From Phycisphaeraceae bacterium (GTDB lineage: Bacteria > Planctomycetota > Phycisphaerae > Phycisphaerales > Phycisphaeraceae), in the NCBI GenBank assembly GCA_963674705.1, contig OY771506.1, positions 2,464,001 through 2,528,000 on the forward strand: a stretch of 64,000 nucleotides of DNA. Direction: 5' to 3'. The number at the start of each line of letters is the position of its first letter. The stretch's first letter is position 1. Below, in pieces: positions 63,758 through 64,000 of the stretch. Position numbers and translations under genes: made by a program. Under the pieces are notes generated by a model, which saw only the letters and a list, made by a program, of their open reading frames with translations, made no database searches and was not told where the DNA came from.

Positions 63758-64000
63758 ATGCGATCCAGCTACAGCTCAACCCGACCCAGACGACCACTCA
63801 GCCTCGGTGAAGTGGGTCTGTTCGCGTTCTTGCTGCTACTCGTCTTTGGCTTCGGCCTCTACCGCCCGATCGGTCACGCCGCCAACTCCTCGCACCAGCC
63901 CGGCCTGGCGCTGATGAATATCGATACCTCCGATCAACCGGTTGCTTCGCGCACTGCTCAACCACTGCCCACACCGCCCGCAACCATCGCCAACAACCTG
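63758..64000 (+). CDS. Hypothetical membrane-anchored protein, 3'-truncated by window edge
   Basis: Open frame MRSSYSSTRPRRPLSLGEVGLFAFLLLLVFGFGLY... runs off the window end. Confidence 0.6.
   Translation, partial: MRSSYSSTRPRRPLSLGEVGLFAFLLLLVFGFGLYRPIGHAANSSHQPGLALMNIDTSDQPVASRTAQPLPTPPATIANNL

Overview
64 kb of GC-rich bacterial chromosome, very probably a planctomycete of class Phycisphaerae. This is inferred from the LEPRxLLS-type N-terminal motifs, PEP-CTERM proteins with a 'GDLDGDGFVGL' dockerin-like module, DUF1570/DUF3553-like genes and the short UvrC. Most of it is scattered housekeeping genes (gyrB, rplM-rpsI, trmL, mfd, argA, ligA, uvrC, truA, accD, ndk, amrS). It also holds a YtrA/GntR-ABC operon with a clear operator, two PEP-CTERM genes, a PilZ-PAS-GGDEF-EAL gene, a type IV minor-pilin cluster and three tandem FG-GAP genes. 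I found no rRNA, tRNA, CRISPR array, transposase or integrase. Four observations stand out. (1) An unannotated ~195-nt multi-hairpin RNA candidate lies upstream of the DUF3553-ligA genes. (2) A PilX-like adhesin has a Russian-doll architecture: a low-GC module sits inside one LamG domain, which itself sits inside another LamG domain, both at the same loop. (3) Three families of short inverted-repeat elements occupy intergenic gaps: 7-bp-periodic, 10-bp-periodic and GC-rich REP-like. (4) An orphaned, out-of-frame C-terminal tip follows one FG-GAP paralog, suggesting its 3' end was replaced. All family assignments come from recognising motifs by eye; no searches were run.
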